From NCBI GenBank assembly GCA_965113315.1, contig OZ220372.1: a stretch of 64,000 nt of DNA, one strand, 5' to 3'. Position 1 is the stretch's first letter. Each line of letters opens with the position of its first letter. Made by a program: the position numbers and the translations under genes. Positions 52,817-64,000 of this stretch are shown one piece after another. This stretch comes from Podarcis vaucheri (taxonomy: Eukaryota). A model generated the notes under the pieces. That model made no database searches. It was not told the origin of the DNA and saw nothing but the letters and a program-made list of their open reading frames with translations.

Positions 52817-53116
52817 TAAAGGTAAAGGTAAAGGGACCCCTGACCATTAGGTCCAGAGTCAGGTCCCTGACTCTGAGGTTGCGGCACTCATCTCGCTTTA
52901 TTGGCCGAGGGAGCCGGCATACTGCTTCCGGGTCATGTGGCCAGCATGACTAAGCCACTTCTGGCGAACCAGAGCAGTGCACTGAAATGCCATTTACCTG
53001 GCAGGAGCAGGGACCGAGCAACAGGAGCTCACCCCGTCACGGGGATTCAAACTGCCGACCTTCTGATTGGCAAGTCCTAGGCTCTGCGGTTTAACCCACA
53101 GCGCCACCCGCGTCCC
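52817..53116 (-). mobile_element. Sauria SINE
   Basis: Reverse-complement copy, (AAGGTA)n tail, TSD AAGTCA(A/G)CATA. Confidence 0.88.
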
Positions 53117-55867
53117 TAGAAAGTCAGCATAGATGGACTAAAAACTAAAACGGCCACATGCTGAGAAAGTAGTAAGAATGTGGCCACATGTGCACTCGAG
53201 CGGCTTCCGTTGTGCTAATACTGGGATGGAATCTACACACATATATAAAAACGCTGTGAAAATGCTTTTAAAAAAACCGTTTTGAAAAATACATTGAAAT
53301 TGCCATAGCTCACTGTCGCCATCCAGTGTCACGTTTGTACATTGCACTTCACAACACACTTAAAATGTTCTATTTGCAGCTGTATAGCTGAGTCTTGGGT
53401 CAAAGCAAAGTCGCTTTGTTAATTTAACTGGGATGTGTGTCCCACGACATTGCAACCATCACCTTCCATCACCTTTTTGTTTTGAAATGTGTGCCACTTC
53501 AATCGACTCAATAAGATGTTTTTTATTAAGGATGATGATTTAGGATGGATGACACATCGTCTTTCATTTGGGTCATTCATCCAGTGTGATGCTGCTTGCC
53601 CATCTATTCCCATCTGTGCCTGTTCTGAAGGCAATGAACCTTGAACATGAGTCATCCATGTTTGTTTGCATCATTCAGCAATAGGGCACAGGTGGAGTTG
53701 GCGCAGCTGCTTGCCCATTGTTCGCAGATACTCACAAATTATCCTCTTGTTTCAGGCTACAAATGATAGCGCTCCCCAACAATAGTAATGGTAGCAGAAA
53801 TAACTACTTGGGATTTATTTATACTCCTACGTAGGATCTCCATGAACCCTAGAACAACCTTGCAAGGTTGTATTGTAACCCTGAACGCAGATGCAGGGCT
53901 TACGCAAAGGCCATCCATGAAGGTTATGGCTCCAGTGAAATCTGAACAAGAGACTGCTGGAATCGTGCCTCATAGCCTTGCACAGCCTTGCCTCCCAGAA
54001 GAACTCCCAACAAAAACTGGAATGATATTTCCAGGAAACACTTAAATGCTAGACAAAAACTTATTTTTAGTTAAGAAGCAGATATATTTTAACTGACGTA
54101 CAATGTCCCTATGCAATTTACCCTGACCATTTATGACGACATTGGCAGAAACCCAAACTGCTCTATGGAAATCAATGTAGCTAGCTTTTATAGAAGAGGT
54201 CTGACTGGTGGGATATAGAATCCAACAGCATTCTTAATACAGGAACAAAAGTCATGTAAATTCCAGTGGCAGAAATCATTCTACCATTATGGGGGGTGGG
54301 GCTTGAGAACAGCATGAGAGGAAACACAGGGGCCTGCTGGGTTAGAGGGGATTCAGCAAAAACTGACTCCTTTTCCTTCCACTGGTGGGATCCTGCACTG
54401 AATCAGGATCCCTTCTATCAACAGGTAAGAGTTTTTCTGCTTGCAGATGCTTAGCTATAAGCAACCCTGTATAAATAATGTATAAACTCTGAAGTGCAAA
54501 AGCCTTGTGGGCTACATGACAATTGCTATTCGATTATTCTCCTGCATGACCACTGGTTTTATATTATTATATAGCAATTAGAAAACAGACTTTTTCAATA
54601 AATATGAGAATTAAAAAAATTAGAGCATTGATTTAAACCTGTAAAGTATAAACCGTATGAGATCCATTGATGAATTAAGTGCATTTTAACAGATCTGCAA
54701 ATTGACCTGTTGACACCTTTCTGTAATACCAGTAGTAACATTGCCAAAGACTGCTTACCATTTTCGGCAGTGGCAATGTGTTGGATCCCTTACAAGGCAA
54801 TGGTAATGATGAACTAACTGCTCATCTAAACTCCTTGTCTCCTTACCTACTATGAATATTCTGTTTAGTATCCTACCCAAAAAAAGCGAAACTGAATTAT
54901 CGTAGGGTATACAAGTGTAGAGTCTCAGAATCACATATTTTGTTCTACATATGATGGGGATGTGTCAGCAAGGCTCAAAACACAAACCTCAAAAAGTGTT
55001 CCAAGAAAATTGCTTCATTTATTTGCAAAGCACCCCAGCTTCTCACCATGCCTCACACATTTTTAGTCCCTGTACGGCAAATAGCCCAAAATGCTATCCT
55101 TCATCTCACCATTTATGGGCCATCTGTGAACTGCTCCCAATTCCCTCAACTACTTGGATTCACTGACTGCAGTGTTGAAAAATCCCTGGTCACTGAGAAA
55201 TGTGATGCTGACAATCAGAAGTGTGATATATTCTTCTGGCCCTCATTCACAATTTCCCACATATCCCCATCCCAACCAAATCTAGGTAAATCTTCCCTGT
55301 TTGTATCTGATTACTCATTCATTTTAGCTACCCCAGAGTATTAAGAAAACTTCACTGCTTGTTCAAGAAATTATCAGTTTTAATATTCTGAAGGGACACA
55401 GTGGAGCTAGCAAAAGTTTACTCCTATTTGTTTCATGCTGCTATAAAAATGTCTTCTTTACCTTGTCAGCAACCTTTGAAAAATATGCTGCTTTTTATTC
55501 TCATCACCTACTTTACCACTTCCCCTTGCTATGTAATATAATGCTATGTAAAGTACAGCGTCTAACCAGAGGGTTCAATAGCAGATTTTAAGGTTCAGTT
55601 AGCTTATTTGCATTGATTTCAGGACTTACAAGACTGCCCTTGATACAGTGACTACAGAAAAAGGCTTAAATATTTAATAGGCTCTTGAAAATACAACATT
55701 TAATATTCTCTGATAAGAGGCCCAAGATGGACATAAAAAGAAAACAGAAGCATCTCTTAAAAAACAAAACAAAACTGGAGGCACATTGTTTGCAAGGACA
55801 CCGAAAACTGAAAATGTAGGTGTCATATACCCAGGCAGTTCACTGTCTCAAGTTCAGTCAAATGCAG

Positions 55868-57319
55868 ATTGTTGTTGTTTAATCGTTTAGTCGTGTCCGA
55901 CTCTTCGTGACCCCATGGACCAGAGCACGCCAGGCACTCCTGTCTTCCACTGCCTCCCGCAGTTTGGTCAAACTCATGCTGGTAGCTTCAAGAACACTGT
56001 CCAGCCATCTCATCCTCTGTCGTCCCCTTCTCCTTGTGCCCTCCATCTTTCCCAACATCAGGGTCTTTTCCAGGGAGTCTTCTCTTCTCATGAGGTGGCC
56101 AAAGTATTGGAGCCTCAGCTTCAAAATCTGTCCTTCCAGGGAGCACTCAGGGCTGATTTCCTTAAGAATGGATACATTTGATCTTCTTGCAGTCCATGGG
56201 ACTCTCAAGAGTCTCCTCCAGCACCATAATTCAAAAGCATCAGTTCTTCGGCGATCAGCCTTCTTTATGGTCCAGCTCTCACTTCCTTACATCACTACTG
56301 GGAAATCCATAGCTTTAACTATACGGACCTTTGTTGGCAAGGTGATGTCTTCTTTTTAAGATGCTGTCTAGGTTTGTCATTGCTTTTCTCCTAAGAAGCA
56401 GGCGTCTTTTAATTTCATGACTGCTGTCACCATCTGCAGTGATCATGGAGCCCAAAAAAGTAAAATCTCTCACTGCCTCCATTTCTTCCCCTTCTATTTG
56501 CCAGGATGTGATGGGCCCAGTGGCCATGATCTTCGTTTTTTTGATGTTGAGCTTCAGACCATATTTTGCACTCTCCTCTTTCACCCTCATTAAAAGGTTA
56601 TTTAATTCCTCCTCACTTTCTGCCATCAAGGTTGTGTCATCTGCATATCTGAGGTTGTTGCTATTTCTTCCGGCAATCTTAATTCCGGTTTGGGATTCAT
56701 CCAGCCCAGCTTTTCGCATGATGAATTCTGCATATAAGTTAAATAAACAGGGAGACAATATACAGCCTTGTTGTACTCCTTCCCCAATTTTGAACCAATC
56801 AGTTGTTCCATATCCAGTTCTAACTGTAGCTTCTTGTCCCACATAGAGATTTCTCAGGAGACAGATAAGGTGATCAGGCACTCCCATTTCTTTAAGAACT
56901 TGCCATAGTTTGCTGTGGTCGACACAGTCAAAGGCTTTTGCATAGTCAATGAAGCAGAAGTAGATATATTTCTGGAACTCTCTAGCTTTCTCCATAATCC
57001 AGCGCATGTTTGCAATTTGGTCTCTGGTTCCTCTGCTCCTTCAAAATCCAGCTTGCACTTCTGAGAGTTCTTGGTCCACATACTGCTTTGTAGCCTGCCT
57101 TGTAGAATTTTGAGCATAACCTTGCTAGGGTGTGAAATGAGCCCAATTGTGCGGTAGTTGGCGCATTCTTTCGTACTGCCCTTCTTTGGTATTGGGATGT
57201 AGACTGATCTTCTCCAGTCCTCTGGCCACTGCTGAGTTTTCCAAACTTGCTGGCATATTGAGTGGCATATTGCATATTCAAGCCCCTTCGCCACGACAAG
57301 GCAGTGATCCATGAAGGAG
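55868..57319 (-). mobile_element. BovB (RTE) LINE, internally deleted, with TSD
   Basis: RT ORF 56315-57007 (FIDYAKAFD, QGCILSP, YADD). BovB 3' end ...GVTKSRTRLND plus a (CAA)n tail. 9-bp TSD CAAATGCAG at 55859-55867 and 57320-57328. Confidence 0.93.
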
Positions 57320-58822
57320 CAAATGCAGCCTAGTGGACATAAATTGTGGCCTGCCAGTTGCTTGACAATCACCATACAGGTATTTGCAATCTCAGGAAGG
57401 CAACAAAGCCAAGACAATGAGACACTGATGGGCAACCACTTTGTGGCTTGATGACTATGTCATGGCAAAGGATGCAACTTGGGTAGATCCGCTCACCAAA
57501 CACATTCAATCTGCAGGTTACTCTAAAAAGTGATAGGAACTGTTTGTAACCAATGAAAGGCCAAAGGGGAAAGCAACTCTGGACAGATCCGCACCAGGAT
57601 TCTTCGGGTGGGTGGGTGGGTGTGCTCTAAGTGTGTGTTGGATGCACTTATTTAATATGGTGTGGCTCTGCCCCCAATCTCACCTAGCTTCAACCCCACC
57701 AGGACCATCCACTGTTCCCACATCAGTCTCAGATCCTCAGACTATACTTGCCTCCACTACTGAGCCACAAGACAATGCACACAGACTCGGTTGTTTCAAG
57801 CAAGCCAAGCTTCTGGCATCCCTGAGACAAAACCATTAGCAGGAATCAGGGGAACAAGTAGCATTGACCCTCACATTTCCTAGGAGATTCCTAAGGTCTT
57901 CTGTAATTGTTTGGCAGTCCATAGTTATAGCACCACACATTGTTTATATTTTGAAACATTTTTTGGAATGAGTTTGTTGGAAGCATCCTTTCATTATCAG
58001 AATGTAGCTTAAGGTATTGTTTTAATTATCTGATTTTTACCTAAACTAGTATTTTAACAAGAAAACAAGTTCTGGATAGAACTAAAAACCTAAAAGCTGA
58101 GTTTCTTTTTGTTTTTGAAACAGACCAGATTACTATAGTTTATACATCCCTAGATCAAAGATGGTCTAGACAGTAATTGATCCTTTTCCCCAAGGTAACA
58201 TTAAATGAGTGCAGAGTTGCTCTTATTAAACAGAGCCAGGACAAATTTATGTAACCTTATTTAAATGCATAATGATTATCCTTTTAAATCGAAATTCTGA
58301 AACACAGTCATATAGCTCTCAACTTCAGTTACAGAGTAATCAGTGACTTCTAACCAACCAATTGGTTTAAAACTCTTTTTTTCTAGAATCAGATAAATTA
58401 AACAAGTATTTTTTAATAATAATAATAGGTGTCTCCTATGGATGAACACCTGTTCTGCAACTGTAAAGGGGATCTTTACTGTATCTACTGAACTTCAGCA
58501 AAACAAAAAGGGTAAGGAGGGCAAAGTTTCTAACTTTTAGAAGTGAATCTCCCATACTGAATTTCTGGTAACTGAGATTACTTTTGATGTCCCTCTGACA
58601 GAGAAGTCAGTTTCACTCAGTAGTTTTGTCAGGTATTTTGGTCAGGGAAAGTTTGACAAAGTGACTACCTAGAGCACAACAAGCTAAAGAAATTCTCTGC
58701 TGCATGACAACAGACAAGGCTGGAAAGAAACAAAACATATATTCAATCATATGCATAAATAGCACTTTTGGGGTGGACATCACAAAGCACTTCTGTAGCA
58801 GCCTCAGGTATCAAGGAGAGTA

Positions 58823-58991
58823 CCGTATTTTTTGCACCATAACACTCACTTTTTTCCTCCTTGAAAGTAAGGGGAAATGTCTGTGCGTGTTATGGAGGAA
58901 ATGCCTACGGGTGGCATGCCTACGGATTTTCCTCCCCTAAAAACTATGTGCGTGTTATGGTCGGGTGCGTGTTATAGAGCGAAAAATACGG
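58823..58991. mobile_element. Mariner-type MITE
   Basis: TIR CCGTATTTTT / AAAAATACGG, TA TSD, internal TGCGTGTTAT x3. Confidence 0.85.
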
Positions 58992-59269
58992 TATTTCATA
59001 AAGATTGACTCCGTCAAAAAAGAAGAGAAAAATTAAAACTGAACTACAGGAATCTACACATTTGGCCCATGACTTCAGCAGTCACATGCTATTGTGATAG
59101 AGATTTCCTTATTGTTCATCCCATCCTTTACTTTCCATTGGGCACCCAAACTATGTGATCTAAAAGTGAAATTGGTGACCATGCTTATAAGTAGGGCAGC
59201 TAAACAGAGCCACCCAGTCAAAAATGGAATTTCTACACACTTGGGGGACTCCTCAGATGACCCAAAAAT

Positions 59270-59650
59270 ATGTTGTTGTTGTTGTTGTTGTTCATCATCA
59301 TCATCATCATTTATTATTTCTACCCTATCCATTTGGCTAGGTTTCCCCAGCCACTCTGGGTGGCTTCCAACAAAATCTTTAAACCACATTAAAACATCAG
59401 TCATTAAAAACTTCCCTAAGCAGGGCTGCCTTCAGATGTCTTCTAAATGTCATATAGTTGTTTATTTCCATGACATCTGATGGAGGGGCGTTCCACAGGG
59501 TGGGCGCCATTACCAAGAATGCCCTCCGCCTGGTTCCCTGTAACTTAGCTTTTCGCAGTGAGGGAACCACCAGAAGGTCCTTGGAGCTGGACCTCAGTGT
59601 CCAGGCTGAACGATGGGGGTGGAGACGCTCCTTCAGGTCTACTGGGCCGA
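59270..59650 (-). mobile_element. L2 3' fragment
   Basis: LGPVDLKERL...LRSS...RRAFLVMAPTLWNAPP...FRRHLKAALLREVF; tail microsatellite (GAT)n(CAA)n. Confidence 0.8.
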
Positions 59651-60454
59651 GGCAGTCAATCGCTGCGTTCATATGGAATGTATGAAGTGCCCCCTCATAA
59701 GTCTTTCGTTTGACTGTATGATTGTGTGGTGACAGTACTGTATAGTTCTCTAACACAGACTCCTGTGTTCTAGGCTTGCTGTTTCTCCTTTTTCTCCAAA
59801 CTCAGTGCTGCTGGTGGGACCCCTCTTGTGGTTTCAATAAACCATACTCAGTGGAGGGACTCAAGTCCACATATTCTACTTCCCATTGCCTTGCACCTTT
59901 CCTCTGAGAAACCAGACACCTTACAAGGTTACATCCTATGAGCTCACTGTTGCAATTGCTATTCTTCCTTGTCTTTAGATTCATGAAACAAACATTGACA
60001 TTTCAACTGACATCTCTAGTTACGAGTATCATTATTTGTGGAAGTGATTGGATAGTTTCCATCTTTAAAAAAATGTATTTTCAGACTGCTTGTGGGCCAA
60101 GAAAAGTGATGTTGTTAAAGTTCTTCAAGATGCAGAGGTCAGAAACATTTCTTTCATGAAAACTTTAGAGTACGGACTATAATTATCCCAGCTGTAAATG
60201 CTGTGAAAAATCCAGCCGTTGCATAATTGGTTGATAAATATGAGCAAAGAGTGCTGCTGTTTATTATGCAAAGCCATGCAGAGAACCTTTGGAGTATGAT
60301 ATTATAATCAACCCCAGAAACAGCCATATTGTACACATCAAAGATGCATCATCAGCTTACCCTTCAAAGGCAGAAATGTGCAATATTGTGCAAAGTACTA
60401 AAGAAATCACAACATTACATTTCATTTCTGAATACTGTATGCTGAAATTGTTGG

Positions 60455-60670
60455 GCTGTATACAAAAGAGTCGTCCCACTTGCACAAGGACTTCCATTTG
60501 TGCAACAGAACCTCCCTTCCTCTCAAATCCCCATACTCTCCCAAGTCTGTTTTGGGGTTCCCCAACTTTCCAGAGCATTTTGTGGGGAGGTGGGGGGGAC
60601 TTCTGTTGTGCCACCATAAGTCCTTGCACAGACAGAACAACTTCAGAGGGCATAGCTCACTGTATTCAGA
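60455..60670. repeat. Old palindromic non-autonomous element
   Basis: Imperfect long inverted repeat GCACAAGGACTT...CAACAGAA versus TTCTGTTG...AAGTCCTTGCAC. Confidence 0.5.
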
Positions 60671-61373
60671 AATAGAGTGCATGTTCATGTTTAACCCTGT
60701 ATGTAGAAAAGGACTACTATATTAGCATTATTGTACCTGCAATGTGAATGGCACAGACCAAAAAAGGCAAAAATAGGTTTCTAGATGTGGTTGTCCTCCC
60801 TACCGTATAAAAAGAAGCAACTGTTCTATGTGGGAGAAAAAATAATTTCCCAGAACAAGACTCTGAGGTTATATAGGATTTTTTTTAAAAAAGCACATAT
60901 GTTTTCTGTGAACTCCCCTGAGACTCCAGGTACAGGATGGTATATAAATTCTATAAAAAAACATACATACATGCATACATTTTTCTACTACTAAACTGTG
61001 AATGGACAAGTAGTTTGTTTTAGTCACAGGTTTATTTGGGAATTATACTGTGTAGAATGAACATGCATGGGGAGGTGTTGTCCAGTGCTGGACTTAGGCC
61101 CAAGCTAAGTAAGCTTATAATGAAATAATGAATTTCAAGACTTTAGTCTCAGATAATAATGCAAGTGTTTTGCATGTTATGTTATGGCTCTCTCTCACAC
61201 ACACAGTGCATGTTGCATTGCTTCTTCCATTTAGTAAGTGCTGAACTGTACATACTCCTTTGTTGCTAGACATTAAGTTTTCTTACATCCTAAGAAATCA
61301 TACAGTATTTTCATTTAAAGGTATTTCATATGCAAACAGACATATTGCTATATTTATTGCTATATCTTAAGCT

Positions 61374-64000
61374 AAGACCAGACCATGTCATTACAGAGGA
61401 GGCAGGTTTAGTCGTTCTTTGAGGACTATCCCTGCCTCCGGGTCTGGCCATGACCGGATGGATACTGGAATCAACAGGGGAAACCCACATGACCTGAAGG
61501 TGTTGCTGTGTAATGCCAGGTCAATGATGAATAAGACCACTGCCATCCACGACCTGATTGTGGATGGAGGATTTTACCTGGCATGTGTGACAGAGACCTG
61601 GTTGGAGGAAGCAGATGGGCCTGTCCTTGCCACTGCTTGCCCACCAGGTTTCTCTTACGCACAGCAACCCAGGTCATGTGGGCGGGGAGGGGGGGTTGCA
61701 GTGATTTTTAGGAAGTCATTAGCTTGCATAAGGCGTCCTATTGGGAAGACCCAGTTTTCTGAGTGCATGTTCTGGAAGTTGGGCAATAGGGGCAGAACAG
61801 GATTCCTTTTGGTGTACCGACCTCCCCGCTGCACCAAGGATTCCCTGTCCGAGCTGCTTCAAGAGACACCTAGTTTGGTTGTCCTAGGGGATTTTAACAT
61901 CCATGCTGACACGACCTTACAAGGGGCCACTTGGGACTTCGTGGAAAGCATGGCCTCCATGGGGTGGTCCCTGAATAAGTTGGGCCCAACTCATAGTCAT
62001 GGGCATGCCTTAGACCTGGTGTTCACCTCTAGTGATGTGGGTGAGCTGACACTAAGTAAACGTGAAACAAAAGAAGTGCCATGGTCAGATCACTTCCTGG
62101 TGCAACTGGACTTCTCCACGACCCTTCCCCTCTGCAGGAAGGTGGGACCAATTCGGATGGTCTGCCCCCACCACTTAATGGATCCAAATGGTTTCCAGAG
62201 AGTGGTAGGGGATGCTTTATCCCATGTTGATGGCCTTTCAGCTGATTCCCTGGTGGCCCACTGGAATGCGGAGTTAACCAGGGCTATCAACTGTCTGGCT
62301 CTGAAGCGCCCTCTCCGATTGCATGGAGCCCGGACAGCCCCGTGGTTTTCTTCAGAGCTGAGGGCGATGAAACAATCGCTGAGACGGCAAGAGCGTCAGT
62401 GGCAGAAAACTCACTCCGAATCTGACTGGACACAGGTTAGAGCTCAACGTCGAGCCTACCAAGTGGTGATAGCAACGGCGAAGAAGACTTTCTTCACCGC
62501 CTCTATTGCATCTGAAGAAAATAGTAGCAGGAGACTCTTTCAGGTGGTCCACAATTTAACGGAACCACCTTTACCACCGGGGCCTTGTAAAGACCCCAAG
62601 ATCTCCTGCAACGATTTTGCAAAGTTTTTTGCAGATAAAATCACTCATATTCGGAAGAAGATAGACACCACCGTGGGAGCAGGGCTGGGGCGGGAGAGCT
62701 AGAGCTCTGTCTGGTCAAGTTGCATGGAATCAATTTCAATCTGTTACCCCCGAGGATGTGGACAGGCTGCTTGGACGCGTGAAACCAACCACCTGTCTCC
62801 TTGATCCTTGCCCATCCTGGCTAATAAAAGCAAGCCGGGAAGGGCTGGGCAATGGGCTCTGCGGGGTGGTGAATGCTTCCCTCTGTGAGGGAACATTCCC
62901 AGATCCGCTGAAAGAGGCAGTCATTAAACCGCTTCTTAAAAAAACATCTTTAGACCCGGCCAGTATGGCCAACTATCGTCCAGTCTCAAATCTTCCATTC
63001 TTGGGCAAGGTGATTGAGTGTGTGGTTGCTGAACAACTCCAGGCACGCCTGGAGGATGCGGACCATTTGGATCCCTTCGAATCGGGATTCAGGCCTCATC
63101 ATGGGACTGAAACTGCCTTGGTCGCGCTGGTTGATGATCTCCGGCGAGCTAGGGACAAAGGTGAGAGTTGTTTCCTAGTTCTGCTGAACCTCTCAGCGGC
63201 CTTTGATACAATCAACCATAACATCCTTCTGGACCGTCTAGAGGGGCTGGGAGCTGGGGGCACTGTTATACAGTGGTTTCGCTCCTTCCTCCTGGGCCGT
63301 GTTCAGAAAGTGGTGGTGGGGGATGAATGTTCAGACCCCTGGGCCCTCACTTGTGGGGTGCCTCAGGGTTCCGTCCTCTCCCCCATGCTTTTTAACATCT
63401 ATATGAAGCCACTGGGAGAGATCATCAGGAGGTTTGGACTGGGTGTTCATCAGTATGCGGATGATACCCAGCTCTACCTCTCTTTTAAATCAGAACCAGT
63501 GAAGGCGGTGAAGGTCCTGGGTGAGTGCCTGGAGGCGGTTGGAGGCTGGATGGCGGCTAATGGATTGAAGTTGAATCCTGACAAGACAGAAGTACTGTTT
63601 TGGGGGGACAGGGGGCGGGCTGGTATGGAGGACTCCCTGGTCCTGAATAGGGTAACTGTGCCCCTGAAGGACCAGGTGCGCAGCCTGGGAGTCATTTTGG
63701 ACTCACAGCTATCCACGGAGGCGCAGGTCAATTCTGTATCCAGGGCAGCTGTCTACCAACTCCACCTGGTACGCAGGCTGAGACCCTACCTGCCCGTGGA
63801 CTGTCTCGCCAGAGTGGTGCATGCTCTAGTTATCTCCCGCTTGGACTACTGCAACGCGCTCTACGTGGGGCTACCTTTGAAGGTGACTCGGAAACTACAA
63901 CTAATCCAGAATGCGGCAGCTAGACTGGTGACTGGGGGCGGCCGCCGAGACCACATAACACTGGTCTTGAAAGATCTACATTGGCTCCCAGTACGTTTCC
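61374..64000 (+). mobile_element. L2-clade LINE, APE endonuclease plus RT, decayed and running off the window
   Basis: ORF 61419-62702 has APE motifs (CNARS, VTETWL, VYRPP, LGDFNIH, LDLVF, SDH). After a frameshift at about 62700 the RT follows (NYRPVSNL, GFRPHHGTETAL, GVPQGSVLSP, YADD at 63454-63465). The motif-A Asp is mutated to Asn (AAC 63187-63189). Confidence 0.92.

Overview
Vertebrate genomic DNA from a squamate lizard. The Sauria SINEs, Squam3-like SINE, BovB, L2, CR1, L1, Penelope and Tc1/mariner and hAT MITEs suggest a lacertid. The only cellular gene is the 3' part of KCNC2 (Kv3.2 Shaw-type K+ channel) on the minus strand. It comprises the 928-nt S1-S6 exon (48413-47486), a 168-nt symmetric cassette exon (42772-42605), three alternative C-terminal exons (GYEKSRS..., DNCKEVV..., VLYRIYH...) and a likely poly(A) signal at about 37424. 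The N-terminal T1 exon lies beyond the right edge. About 48.4-64 kb is intron and 1-37 kb is repeat-rich intergenic DNA with one 301-N assembly gap. The most interesting unexplained signal is two diverged non-coding elements of about 0.72-0.75 kb (287-1030 minus; 23343-24060 plus). They share a U-rich internal-loop hairpin resembling an ENE (poly(A) triple-helix element), whose stem sequences differ but still pair, and a long-range helix that reaches the poly(A) signal. Also notable are a Penelope element with a minimal hammerhead ribozyme, a MITE that has captured an internal L2 endonuclease fragment, and an internally deleted BovB with intact TSDs. All homology calls are from recognition or memory, not database searches.
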